Positions 45,606-58,089 of a stretch of DNA of 64,000 bases are shown here, in pieces. The stretch is from the human T2T-CHM13v2.0 reference genome, Homo sapiens, in NCBI RefSeq assembly GCF_009914755.1, contig NC_060926.1, one strand, 5' to 3'. Numbering within the stretch: the stretch's first letter is position 1; each line of letters opens with the position of its first letter. A program made the translations under genes and the position numbers. Below the pieces are notes generated by a model. The model worked only from the letters and a program-made list of their open reading frames with translations, searched no databases and was not told where the DNA came from.

Positions 45606-46207
45606 ATAGGGATGCGGAGTGAACTGAATGTGGGGGCTTAACCATCAGCTACACTGCAAAATGACTTTTTAAGGGACTCTAAGAGAAAAAAATTAAACTC
45701 ATGAACAGCACAACAAAGAGAAGGAAGGACAGAAGGAAAGACAGACAGACATGAATAGCATTGTTAGTGATTTCTGTGCTAAGACACAGGAAGTCTGAAG
45801 CAAGGGCCAACAGAGAAGGTGCCTATGGCTGAAACACAGACACTACAGTAAAAGGTTAGTCAATTTCCGATAGGAAGCTTTAGAGGATTGTGTTCGGAAA
45901 AGAACTTAGAATAAGTTGACAGTAAAAGAAAGAAACAGAAGACAGGAAACCAGTTATAGTCAATAGAAACATCAAAAGGAAGACCTTTAGAATTAGAGGC
46001 ACAGAAGAGACAGAGAAAAGAGGAGTTCACCTCCTTGACTGAGGCAATAAGGGCTAAAAAACATATAGAGAACTCTGAAAATTGATCAAGGAGACATAAT
46101 CACCAATTCATAAGCATTCTGGAAGATAGTGAAACAGGAGATATAGAGGAAATAATACAAAACATTGTCACAACTATTCTAAAATTAAACTAGGAAAAAA
46201 GATAGAA

Positions 46208-46510
<303 letters not shown>

Positions 46511-46899
46511 AAAAGATATAATTTTTTAAAGACTTTCAGAACATGTATAAAATGTTCATAAGATGATGTCAGACAAGTAGTGTTTAAATTCTTGAATTAA
46601 AATAATGGATCTGTTTAGAAGTATGGAAGGATATGTGATATTAGGGACAATTTTTTAAATCTGAAAATTGTTCCAAATCTGTAAACAGTCTCTCTTGGTG
46701 AGTGGTGGGGAGGGAGGAATGTAAACCAATCCTCATATAGAACCAAATTTTAGAAATGGTTGCAAATTCCCAGGAGAAATCTTCATCTAAAACTTTGTTC
46801 TTAATTAAAGAGAAAAGAAAAATATTTTCAAAGCTCAAAAATTATAAAGAAAAATTATATAAAGTATGCAGGTTGAGTAGTTCATGTAATGAATAGAAA

Positions 46900-47510
46900 A
46901 ATGTTTCTAAAAGGAATTAAGAATATGAAATTTAGTGTCTACAAATGCAAGATCTTGTTTTTGGATCTAAAATTCAACCGCAAAATAAAAAATTCAACTG
47001 CACAGGTGCAAGGGAGATTGACTTAGCAACTGGAAAAGGCAGACAGAAGGGTAAATGAAAACTTAGAGGTTCTAAGGAATGAAAGATGTGATTCTGTCCT
47101 ACTCTGAGCTAGATCAGACTATACCTGGAATATCAGGTTTCAATCTAGGAATGACACTTAAAGTAGCTATAGATGAGCAGAATGGCCAAAATCGTGGTGG
47201 CCTCCAACTTTCATCAGATGAGGAAGTGATGAAAGGAGAAAAAATGACTGAAATGGAGAAGATCTCTAAAGGAAAGAAAAATGGCTATATTCAAGATCTG
47301 AAAGTGGTACATTTAGATTCCTCATAAGGATGCACTTTCAGTATTTGTGAATGTGCTGCCTCCTGGGGTGGTAGAAGCTCCATCTCTGGGGCTGTTCAAG
47401 CAGACGCTAAAAGATATTTTCAGGATAATGGAGGGGGAATTGAACACAGAGAAGGTTACTAGACTACATGGTTTTCAAAGTTTCTTCCAACTATGAGATT
47501 TTCTAACTCT
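46900..47510 (+). mobile_element. L3/CR1 LINE 3' fragment
   Basis: 'gattctgtcctactctgagctagatcagac', 'gctgttcaagcagacgct' and 'tcttccaactatgagattttct' resemble the L3 3' region. Confidence 0.5.
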
Positions 47511-47528
47511 ATGATTGGGATTAAATTA

Positions 47529-47925
<397 letters not shown>

Positions 47926-50900
47926 ACAAGAAAAAGTGGTAACCCCACAGGCCCTTCCCTGTGATTGGCAACTGTGTTTCCATTTCATTTCCCAGGATTC
48001 TGTTGTCAATAAGAACACCTCAGTGAAATCCTTCTAATGGCCTTAGGCCTAAATATCAGAAAATAACATAGCAGTGGTTACAGGTCTGCAGAGCCAAAGG
48101 GAAGCAATGAATAGATCCCACTTATGAGATTCAGTTTTCTTGTGAAAACACATTCTGCTGAGTTTGGCATTGAATGTTCCATAAAGTTTACATTAAAGGA
48201 AACAATGACTCTAAGGTTGTATGGACCCAACAAAAGTGTTTCCAAGAACAGAATCAACGAAACATTACAGGTAGGTATTCCATTTACAAAACCCAAATCT
48301 GAACAGGTAAACTTACAGTACAATAAATCTGAAAATATTAAAAAGTTGTCATTATTCCCTTAAGAAAAACATTAACCACATGTTCCTATTTCATCAAGGT
48401 TAAGGTTTCTTTACATCAAATACAAGGAACCTTCAACTTGCAGACCAAATTCTCTCTTGCATTTTATGTCATGTCCTAAGTAGAATTCTCCATCATGGCC
48501 ACCTTTGGAATTTCAGTACAACTTGATTGCCATGATTTCAAAAATTTACAAAAGGGGTTATAGCATTATGAAAATGATCTTCCCCGTAAAATGAAAGGAA
48601 ATATTTACCATTTTTCAAAGAAAACATATGAAATGCATTGTATTTATGAAAAGACTTCAAGATTTTCTGTGAATGGCTTCAGATAAAAATGAATGATAGC
48701 TAGATCCCTCTAGAGTTTAATATGCACATCTTATTTAGCTACATACCAATATACATATTGAACTTCAGAGAGATCAGGTTCCCCTCCTCAGTCTTCCTAG
48801 TTCTGACAACTAAGGACATGGCTAAGAAAAAATATATATATAGCTCACAACTTTAAGTGTAGACTATGTCTACTGTTCGGGGTAGCAATGTCCTCAAAGG
48901 GCTGGCTGTGTTCAGCCCTGAGGTAGACAGGCACCTGTGCAGATGACTCTCCTGGGAGGTCTCAGCTGAGGTTTAGCCAGATGTGACTTCCCTCAGAAAG
49001 TGCCTGTGGAGCAATCTGGGAGCATGTCTCTCCAATCACATTGCCCCATGGGCTAACAACTAGATTAATGGTATTTACAGGCCCAGGAGAAGACACTAAC
49101 ATCCCTGTATAAGTAGGAAGCTTGCCTCCTCTCTCATGCTCCTGACCTCATGCTCCTGACCCAACTCCAAGCACTGAGGAGAAAGGTGCTGGAAATGGAG
49201 AATGGTTTTGATTTATGCATGAGCTTGAAGTTCTCAAACAATCAGGACTGAGCCTCACAGAACTTATTTGGAGACTGCTTTGTTAACACAAATTGTCTGA
49301 GAAATTAGGAAGTCAGACGGAGGCCACAAGAAGTCCTGCTCCCAGGCAGAAATGTTGAACAGGGCACAGCCGGTTGCAGTTGTTGAGAAAAACAAAACTG
49401 CTTCCTGTTTATACTCCCAGTGAGTTGAGACTCTTCACAAAACTTGTCCTGTGTAAAATATATTGTCAGAAACTTTCCTAAATGAGTATAAATTTTGTCT
49501 CTCCTGCTGTTTCTCAATCTAACTCTATATGCATCTAACTACATTTCTATAAAATAGCTAAAAATGACTCATATTTGTACAGTGCCTTCAGTTCCACATG
49601 CTTCTTTCAATTTTTTTTTAATTTCACAATAGTTATTTTGACAGTTAAAAGCACATAGCTAGAAAATGGTAGACCCAGGACTCAAAACCAACTGTCAAGT
49701 CTCACAAAACTCAAAGTCGGGAATTCCGTTTTCATCTCTAGCTGGTTTCCGCTCCCAGCCTGTCTGGTCTTGTGCCTTTGTGTGAGCTGATGCTTTTGAG
49801 GTTGTTCACTTGCCATGTAACTTCCGCCCCTCTCTGCCCTTTTCACTTTCACAGCTCCTCCGTTTCCATCTTGTATTTTTCTCCCTCATCATTACTCCTT
49901 CTCCCACATCCACCCCACCCACTTCCCACCTCATTCATTCTCATCAGAAGGAAAACAGCCACTGAATTCAAATGCCATAATCAGTGGTGGCCCCTGCAGG
50001 AAACAAATCAAGCACCGGAGTACTCAGCACTCAACAGCGGAAAGATTTTCCTTCTGGAGGGAATATTTCACAGCTGTTGAAGAATCAAGGCTTCTGGTAG
50101 GTTGTTTCTCCCCCCTTCAGTGAGAAGGAGAGGCTTGTCAAATCAAAGCTGGTATTTGTTCTTTAGTGTCTGATTTAGGAGATTATACATCAGAGGGAAG
50201 CACTTGTAAAAGGATTATAGCATTACAGAAAAATAATTGGAATGTTTCATCTCTCTGCATATCATAGCTTGTTAAAGTTGCTCTAAGGAGTAGCCAGATT
50301 AATTAGAAAGAGGCAATATGTTTATTTCTCTAGCTTAGCACTCTGATGGTCAGAGATACTCCTGTTTATGTTAGTAAATGTTAAGTCTAGAGATAAAACA
50401 AAAGAGTGGCTTGAAGGAATTAGCCTGACACTTTTAGCAGCTCACCACCCCTTATCCTCCCCCCATAAAAGGATCTATTCAGGATATGTAGAGAAGTTGG
50501 GTTATAATGTTGTTCCCATTATTCACAACACTGTATGTAACATAACATGGGAAGTGAAGGGAAAGAACATTTGTTGAGTATCTGCTCTGAGCCAAGCACT
50601 GAACTGGAAGCTTTATAAGTGTTAGATCATTAATTCTCCTCACAACCCCATGAAGTTATCTTCATTTTCGGAGAATGAGCTGATGCGTGGATGGACCCAG
50701 GTCAGTCTGATCTTGGCCTGCACCCTTTTTTCAGTTCTACCTGGTACCACTTCTGGCCTAAGCATCTTTATCAGTGACAAGGGCAGAGATTGTGCCACAT
50801 ACTCACCATGTTGCTTTTAAAAGAGAAACCCAGCAGACCCATATCAGGTGTCCACAAATAAAAGACAACATTTTTGTCCTAGGCATTGAAATGTCAACAT

Positions 50901-51136
50901 ATGTTTATTACTAGAGCACAGCTTAGCCTATCACAGCTGATACAGTGATAAGTATGTCATCTTTAGTTGACCAAAAAGCAGAGTACTGCAGGAGGAAGAA
51001 TGGTAACAGGGGAATAGGGACTTCCAGAACAAACCTAAGAAGCAGGCTTATTGATCCTACAGAAATAAGGCAGTAGAATGCATTGTTGACAAAACAGGCC
51101 TTATAGTTAAGGTAATTAAAACATAATAGGATGTCA

Positions 51137-51231
51137 CACCAACATGGCACATGTATACATATGTAACAAACCTGCACGTTGTGCACATGTACCCTAAAAC
51201 TTAAAGTATAATAATAAAATAAAATAAAATA
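51137..51231 (+). mobile_element. Extremely 5'-truncated L1PA 3' end (about 95 bp)
   Basis: 'caccaacatggcacatgtatacatatgtaacaaacctgcacgttgtgcacatgtaccctaaaacttaaagtataat' plus tail; 19-bp TSD aaaaca(t/c)aataggatgtca. Confidence 0.95.
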
Positions 51232-51346
51232 AAAACACAATAGGATGTCATACCACTTCTTTGGAACAAGGTCTCAAACCTTTTTACTAACTTCATGCAG
51301 CCAAAGGGAAGATCGTGAATGTCTCCTTAATTCCCCAATTAACAAG

Positions 51347-51981
51347 TATATTAGTCAATGTTCTCCAGAGAAACAGAACCAATCACAGAGAGAGAAAGAG
51401 GGAGAGAGAGAGAGAAAGGCTGATTTACTCTGAAGGACTGGCTTATGGGATTATGGAAATGGAGAATACCATAAGTTGCAACCAGGGGAGGGGCACGTGT
51501 AATTTCAAGTCTGAAGGCTTCAGAAACAGAAGCATTGGTGTCCTAGGGCAGGAGGAAATAAATGCCCCAGCTCAAACAGCAAGAGATGATTCACCTTTCT
51601 TCTGCCTTTTTGTTCTATTTGGGCCCTCAATGGGTTGGATGACACCTGCCCACATTGGTGAGGGTGGTCTTCTTTACCCAGCGTACTGATTCAAACGCTA
51701 ATCTCTTTCAGAAGAGGAAGAGATGTGTGTGCTTATCTCAGGCTTGTAACAGACATCCATTCAGAGTAGTGAACTCTATAAATTAACTGTCTATACTACC
51801 CAAATAAATGAGGTAATTGATATATATCCTTAAAATCACTCCACAATACCTACAGAAAAAGAAGATGATCCTTTTTCTTCTGAGTGTGTCTGAGACCCTC
51901 ATACACTTAGAAATAATATTTTACCAGCTATTGGAGCATCTCTAAGTCCAGTCAAGCAGACACATAAAATTAACCATCACA
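51347..51981 (-). mobile_element. ERVL LTR, MLT2 family, interrupted by a non-LTR insert
   Basis: 'tattagtcaatgttctccagagaaacagaaccaat' ... 'cacataaaattaaccatcaca'; LTR sequence breaks at about 51714 and resumes at about 51895. Confidence 0.85.
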
Positions 51982-52210
51982 AGACATATAATCACCCTCT
52001 TTCTTCCTTTTTGCACAGAAAGTAAGTGTGTGACAGACCAAAATGTAGGCCACAAATATAAAGGATCATCTTCTTTTTCTGTAGGTATCATGGAGTGATT
52101 TTAAGAATATACATATATATCAATTATCTCATTTATTTAAGTAGTATAGACAGTTAATCTATAGAGTTCCCTACTCTGAATGGATGTCTGTTACAAGCCT
52201 GAGATAAGCA
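51730..52210. repeat. Inverted repeat, arms 51730-51874 and 52060-52210, spacer 185 bp
   Basis: 'tgcttatctcaggcttgtaacagacatccattcagagtag...gaagatgatccttt' is the reverse complement of 'aaaggatcatcttc...ctactctgaatggatgtctgttacaagcctgagataagca'. Confidence 0.96.
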
Positions 52211-53549
52211 TTTTGGTAATCTAATATATTCTAATATGCAATTAGTTAAAGTCTCCCCTTTAGGATGAGCTGTTGGTTCACTCCTAAATTATTTAAATAC
52301 ATATAGCCATAGAAAAAATAAAGGTTGGAAAAATTCTGAAGTTAGGAAAAATTGTCATCAGTGCCCCACTTTCTATTTAGACATCTTTTCTTGTGCTTTT
52401 CCCCTTTACTCATTCTCTAAAAACCCAAAAAACCTCACGTCCCTTCCTCTTTCCCAGAATCTCCACATATTCCCCCGCTGACAACACATTAGCCTCCCAA
52501 AACTGACTAGACCTGTGTTCCATTCCCTAGGGTCAGACACAGGTAACAGTGCTTTATCAAGTAACCCATGCCCGTGTTTCCTAGATGTTCATGAGTTTAT
52601 ATATTCCCATTCCTCATCAGGGTATTTACTTGTACGTGACCTCCCAGTTAACCTGATTATTTTTTTGACAAGGGCTTTGCCAAACGTACATAAATCCACA
52701 AGGATGAGAAGTGTGGGCAATTCCAGCACTATGGTAGGCCAACAGGGGGATGATTTTTCAACAAGACTTTGTTACCCTCCAGATCACACTACATGGGCAG
52801 ATGCCCTCATGCCCACACCTGTGACCTCATCACTCTTCACAGGGAAAGTTGACATTCTTCTCTACATGGTATGTTAGGCAGAGAGCCACTTTTTTGAGCT
52901 TACATCAGACCCTAGAAACTCACCTCTACAATAAAAAGGAAAGATAGCCCAAGCCCCTCCCTACCCTACTCACCACAGGCCAACGACTCCAGTGGGATCC
53001 TCTAACTCCCCATCCCCACAAAGCTCTGGAATGTATCTCCTGCGGGCTCAGACACATGCTTCAAAATACACTAGTTGTTTAAACATTGAACTTGCTTCAC
53101 CTTAGTGGTAGACAAGGAATGTGTGTGGGGGTTAATCCTGTACTAAAAACTAATAGAATAAAAACAACTGGAAGAATCTAGACAGCCTGAAGGCAGGATT
53201 AGGAAACTAGATGACCGAGCAGGAAATAGGAGCCCTGACAACCAGGCTAACTACTTGACAGATTAGCCTCAGGCCAGCCCTTCTCCAACACAGGGAATAT
53301 GTCTTCTTCTATTATTGTCAAACATTCGAATCACACTTTAAGATGCAACTCAAAAGTCACCTTGTTTGGCTTCATTACTTCATTCGTTTATTCATTCAGT
53401 TCTTCACAAGGTGAAAGAGCAATGGAAAATGTATCACATTAAGATTTCTTGAGGGAGTCTGGACTATATCAACATGGTATCAAGCTAAGGAGCCATTCAG
53501 GGCTCTCTGATAACAACCAACTCAGAGGACATGGCTTGTGCTTCCATCT

Positions 53550-53944
<395 letters not shown>

Positions 53945-54617
53945 AAGCTTTCATCTTGAGTCTTTACCTCCATACACACATACACACACACTAACATAAA
54001 TAACTCCATCTCCTCCAACACCAAATGGAGATGCTCAGGGGTCAATCAAGAGAACCCCAGAGAACACCAACGTGAAGAATGAGAAAAGAGCCTGAACCGG
54101 TACACTTATAGGGGCAAGAAGTTCCAAAGTAACTACTACAGGCAGTGTGGACCTTCAAAACACTGTGGCCGTACTTGCAAATGATAAAATTCCATCCTGT
54201 GAACACTCAGAATAGCAGCTCCTCCACTCTTAGGAATAGGATGTAGGATAGAGGAAATGGAAAAGGAGATACACAGAAGGGCGTATATGTAGGGAAGAAA
54301 GAATGAAAAATCCACCTCCATAATACATAGAAAAATAAGAAACAGGCTTTCAAAATGATCAAAATCAAATTGCAGAGACCAGAAGCAGAAAAGGATGAGA
54401 AATATACAATGGAAAATTAATAGTGTGGACAAAAAGCTCTAAGAGTTCAAGGAAAGAACAAAAATTGGATGGAATTATATAGAAAGATTGCAGAAGAGAA
54501 TGAGACCTTTTGCAGAAGTGGCTCAGAGGTAACTTTATAAACTGTAGGCCAGACCAGGAAAAAAAGAAAGTGGTCTTGCCAACCTGTACGATTATGGCCT
54601 TTCCTCATCTCCTCCAC

Positions 54618-54722
54618 AGAACCAGCCTGAGTTTACATGTGCTACCAAGAGAACCAGCCTGAGTTTACATGTGCTACCAGGAGAACCAGCCTGAGTTTAC
54701 ATGTGCTACCAGGAGAACCAGC
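54618..54722. repeat. 32-bp tandem repeat, 3.3 copies (AGAACCAGCCTGAGTTTACATGTGCTACCARG)
   Basis: Units at 54618, 54650 and 54682, partial at 54714; one mismatch in total. Confidence 0.97.
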
Positions 54723-55253
54723 ATTGGTCTGTTTGCCTGTCTCAGGGATCAGCTGCCCTCGTGGTCACTCTGCTCAGGCAGAGTGGATCCGAAATGAAAT
54801 GCTTTTTATCGCTACTTCTCAGCCCTTGATTAAATAATTGTCAACTCTCATATGCAGAGTGTAAGAACTTCAGCTTTCTCCAACCCCAGTGGAGCACGTG
54901 CCTTTTGTTTTTTCTTCAACCAAACACACAAAGGTGGAAAATTAATAAGAGATTGTATTTTGCAGTTTGTTGATAAAACGTCCAGAGGTAAATCCCCAAA
55001 CTTTCCATCATGGCAGAGCCTTACATACGTCTGTCAAGCTAGTAAATCTCCTTAGAGAACTTTTTAAGACCATGTGTTCCTAAAGCTGGGGCTTTACGGA
55101 ATTATGTCTGGCATCTAATTTATTCTCTTTGTGAACCAAAACATAGGCCCACTGTGTATCACATTGTGTCACCATTCTCAGTCATCATACTAAACACCAG
55201 TACCAGAAAATGATACCCAGATCAGAGAATCTCTGAGGTCAGAGCTAGGAGGT

Positions 55254-55871
55254 TGTGAAAAGAAAAGAAAATCTCGAGACCCCAAACTCACTATACCAAA
55301 GGGAAAAGTTAAGCTCAGAAACTGAGTCATACAAAAAAGAAAAAATGCCTTTCCTTTTGTTCCTAAACAGATAGCTGTACAATAAAAGGCCACATATCTC
55401 CCCAGGTAGCTTCCCTCACTCTGATTATGTAAATTAATGGCTTACCTTCACAGGTACAGGACAAAGAAAAGACTAGAAATCATCCCTCCTCCTACCTCAA
55501 AATAAAGTAGATTCTCTATTTACTTATCTTATGTAAAATGCAGATTTATTGAGTGCAAGATGTATGTATAATTGATTGTTCCTCTATGCCTTTCACATGC
55601 AACATGGATTTAGTGAGTGCTAATCAAAGCCTCACAAGAAATGTGAACAGTTACCTCACTACATACCCTCCCTTTAATTTTCTTTCTTCCTTCCCCTCCT
55701 GCCTGCTTTTTCTCCTTTAAATATTCAAACCCCCAAAACCCTCTTAGGAAAAAAGTACAGGCCATAGATCCCACTGAGACTTGTGTCTCCTTTTCTCAGG
55801 CATGTCCTCAATCTCAGCAAAATAAACCTCTAAATGGATTGACACCTGTCTCAAACACTTTTTGTTTTACA
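55254..55871 (+). mobile_element. ERV1 solo LTR, MER4 family
   Basis: 'tgtgaaaagaaaagaaaatctcgagaccccaaactcactataccaaagggaaaagttaagct' ... 'aaaataaacctctaaatggattgacacctgtctcaaacactttttgttttaca'. Confidence 0.85.
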
Positions 55872-56549
55872 AGATCAAAGTAAGGTTTGAAAATATAACA
55901 AATCAAGTATCCAAACTCAGCCAATCCTGAGATTTGAGAAGCAGGTAAAGTGACAACCAAAATAAGAACCACAGCTAGCCCTGAAATAGAAAGATAGCAG
56001 AAGGGTGGTGAACAGAACATGAACAGTGAACAGCAATAAAGCAAAGAGATCCTCCAGTGCTTTCTCTCCTCACTTCCTTGTAGGAAGAGAAAAATTGTAG
56101 CTTGGATAGGTTATCACAGCCTACCTGAGAGGCATCTGAATGGCAGCAGATATTCTGCACTAATTGGTGCAAATTTCCCTCTTGCAACCTAGTCTGGCGG
56201 CTGTGCTATTACTTCCCTCATTGCTGACCTAGAGAAGATCTCTCTGGAACTCTCTATGAAGGAAATAGAAAATCTTTCTAGGATTTTCCTTGAAACCTAG
56301 AGGATGCTGGACAAGTCCATCCAAAATGCCGTTTCTTGATCAAGTTTTACAACAGTATAAAGGGCTCAAGAGAAGGGAGCTCAATGGAACATGTGTTAAT
56401 ATATAGGGATCATGTATTAAACTGATCTCCTGCCTGGTTGAAAACCTGAAAGTTGCCCACAGAAGCCTCTAGGGGCCATATTGAATATGTCATCTATGAG
56501 ACCAGAAACAGAGAAATAGAGTATGTCAAGATGATGACGACTTAAACCC

Positions 56550-56690
56550 TCAACATTTCTCAAAGTGTGGAGGACCATGGGCCTCAGAATCAACCAAGGG
56601 CATTGTTAAAAATGCAGACAGTCTGGGCCCTACATAAATCTACTCAATCAGAATAACTGAATCATGAATCTGTATCTTAAGATTCTCCTA
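56550..56690. mobile_element. MER5-type hAT MITE fragment
   Basis: 'ttctcaaagtgtgg...ctcagaatc...ttgttaaaaatgcagac...ctgggccctac...ctactcaatcagaa'. Confidence 0.6.
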
Positions 56691-57038
56691 CCCCCACTTT
56701 TAACCTCACTCCACTGACCTAGGAAATTCCATTCTTTTCTGTCCTTCTAGTATTAGTCACTTTCAAGGGAGAAGGGGGTTAAATCCCACGGTCTACTTAA
56801 TATCATAGGGGAGAATACAAATCATCACTCACTTTATCCCTCTGGGAAGAATAGAAAAACAAGATACCAGCAAACCCTGCAAGAGGATATGAGCCAATTA
56901 GAGCCCCTAAACTGAGAAGGGTAGTATCATTAGGACCTGAATGATTTGAAGCTCCCAGGGTATGCTGGTACTCAGTAGGTGCTTAATAAATATGGAGAGG
57001 GAGGGAGAAAGGAAAAGAAGGAGAGACAGGGGTTGGCG

Positions 57039-57138
57039 GGGGAGGGAAAGAGAGAGAGAAAGAAGAAAGAAAGAAAAAGAAGTAGGAAAGGAAAAGAAAG
57101 GAAAAGAAAGGAAAGGAAAGGAAGAAAGAAAGAAAGAA

Positions 57139-57182
<44 letters not shown>

Positions 57183-57400
57183 GAAAGGAAGGAAGGAAGG
57201 AAGGAAAGAAAGAAAAAGAGAGAGAGAAAAGAAAGAGAAAGGAAGGAAGGAAGGAAAAAGAAAAGGAAAAGGAAAAGGAAAGAAAAAAGAAAAGAAAAAG
57301 AAAGAGAGAGAGAGAGAGGGAGGGAGGGGGAGAGAAAGAGAGAGAGAAAGAGAAAGAGAAAGAGAGAGGAAGGGGGAAGGGACAGACAGAGACAGAGAAA
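57039..57400. repeat. Compound GA-rich microsatellite (GAAA)n/(GGAA)n/(GA)n
   Basis: Near-pure purine tract on the + strand. Confidence 0.97.
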
Positions 57401-58089
57401 ATGAATGACCAGCCTTAATCTTGTGTTAATTTTCATCCTCCGCATTCTGCCCAGGCCTTACTCTCAGCTCTAACCCACTTACAGTCAACCCCTTTCACTT
57501 TCATTTGGGATAATAGGACTTCTCATTCATCATGCTGACTCTTTTTGATGAAGGTCTCCTGGCCTACAGAGTTAAGAAACCCTCAGCCAATGTCAACTGC
57601 TATTCTCTCTGATTCTCTAATCTGACAGCTTCTTAAAGAAGAAAGCATTTTTTCTATTTTACATTAAAGGTACTTCTCAAGGTCAGAGCAGCAGAGGCGT
57701 ACACACAGAGGACAAGGTGTGGATCAATCCACAGCACCAGAGCTCAGCTCCCCTCACTGTTTCATCAGCTCTTTAGTTCCTGTGCAAAGCCGAGCTCCTT
57801 CCTCTGGCTCTGGGTGTGTGTAGGGGGTTTGGGGAGAGCAGATAACAGGGAGGAGATGGCATCTGTGGTGTTTTACAGATTGTTCACACTCTCTGCCTAT
57901 GTGGCCTCTGGGTCTTCTGGTCTGCCATGAATCTGGGGGGCCCAGTTCCTGGCACCATCCCCACTGCCATTGGCACTCTAATTTCCAGATTTTCCATCCA
58001 ACTATTAAAATGTTGTAGGTACTCTTTCTGAAGGAATGCTGTATGCTGGGCACTGAGCGTTGACCATTGGAAACAGAATGTGTGTGTGT

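Noticed and set aside
49133-49161. 14-bp tandem duplication ctcatgctcctgac x2
   Set aside because: Ordinary slippage duplication with no further signal.
54618-54722. 32-bp repeats resembling a CRISPR array in unit length
   Set aside because: No spacers, no cas genes, and the context is primate DNA.
56962-57445. Three 141-157-aa ORFs rich in K/E/R or F/L/S
   Set aside because: They are translations of the GA microsatellite, which lacks stop codons by composition.
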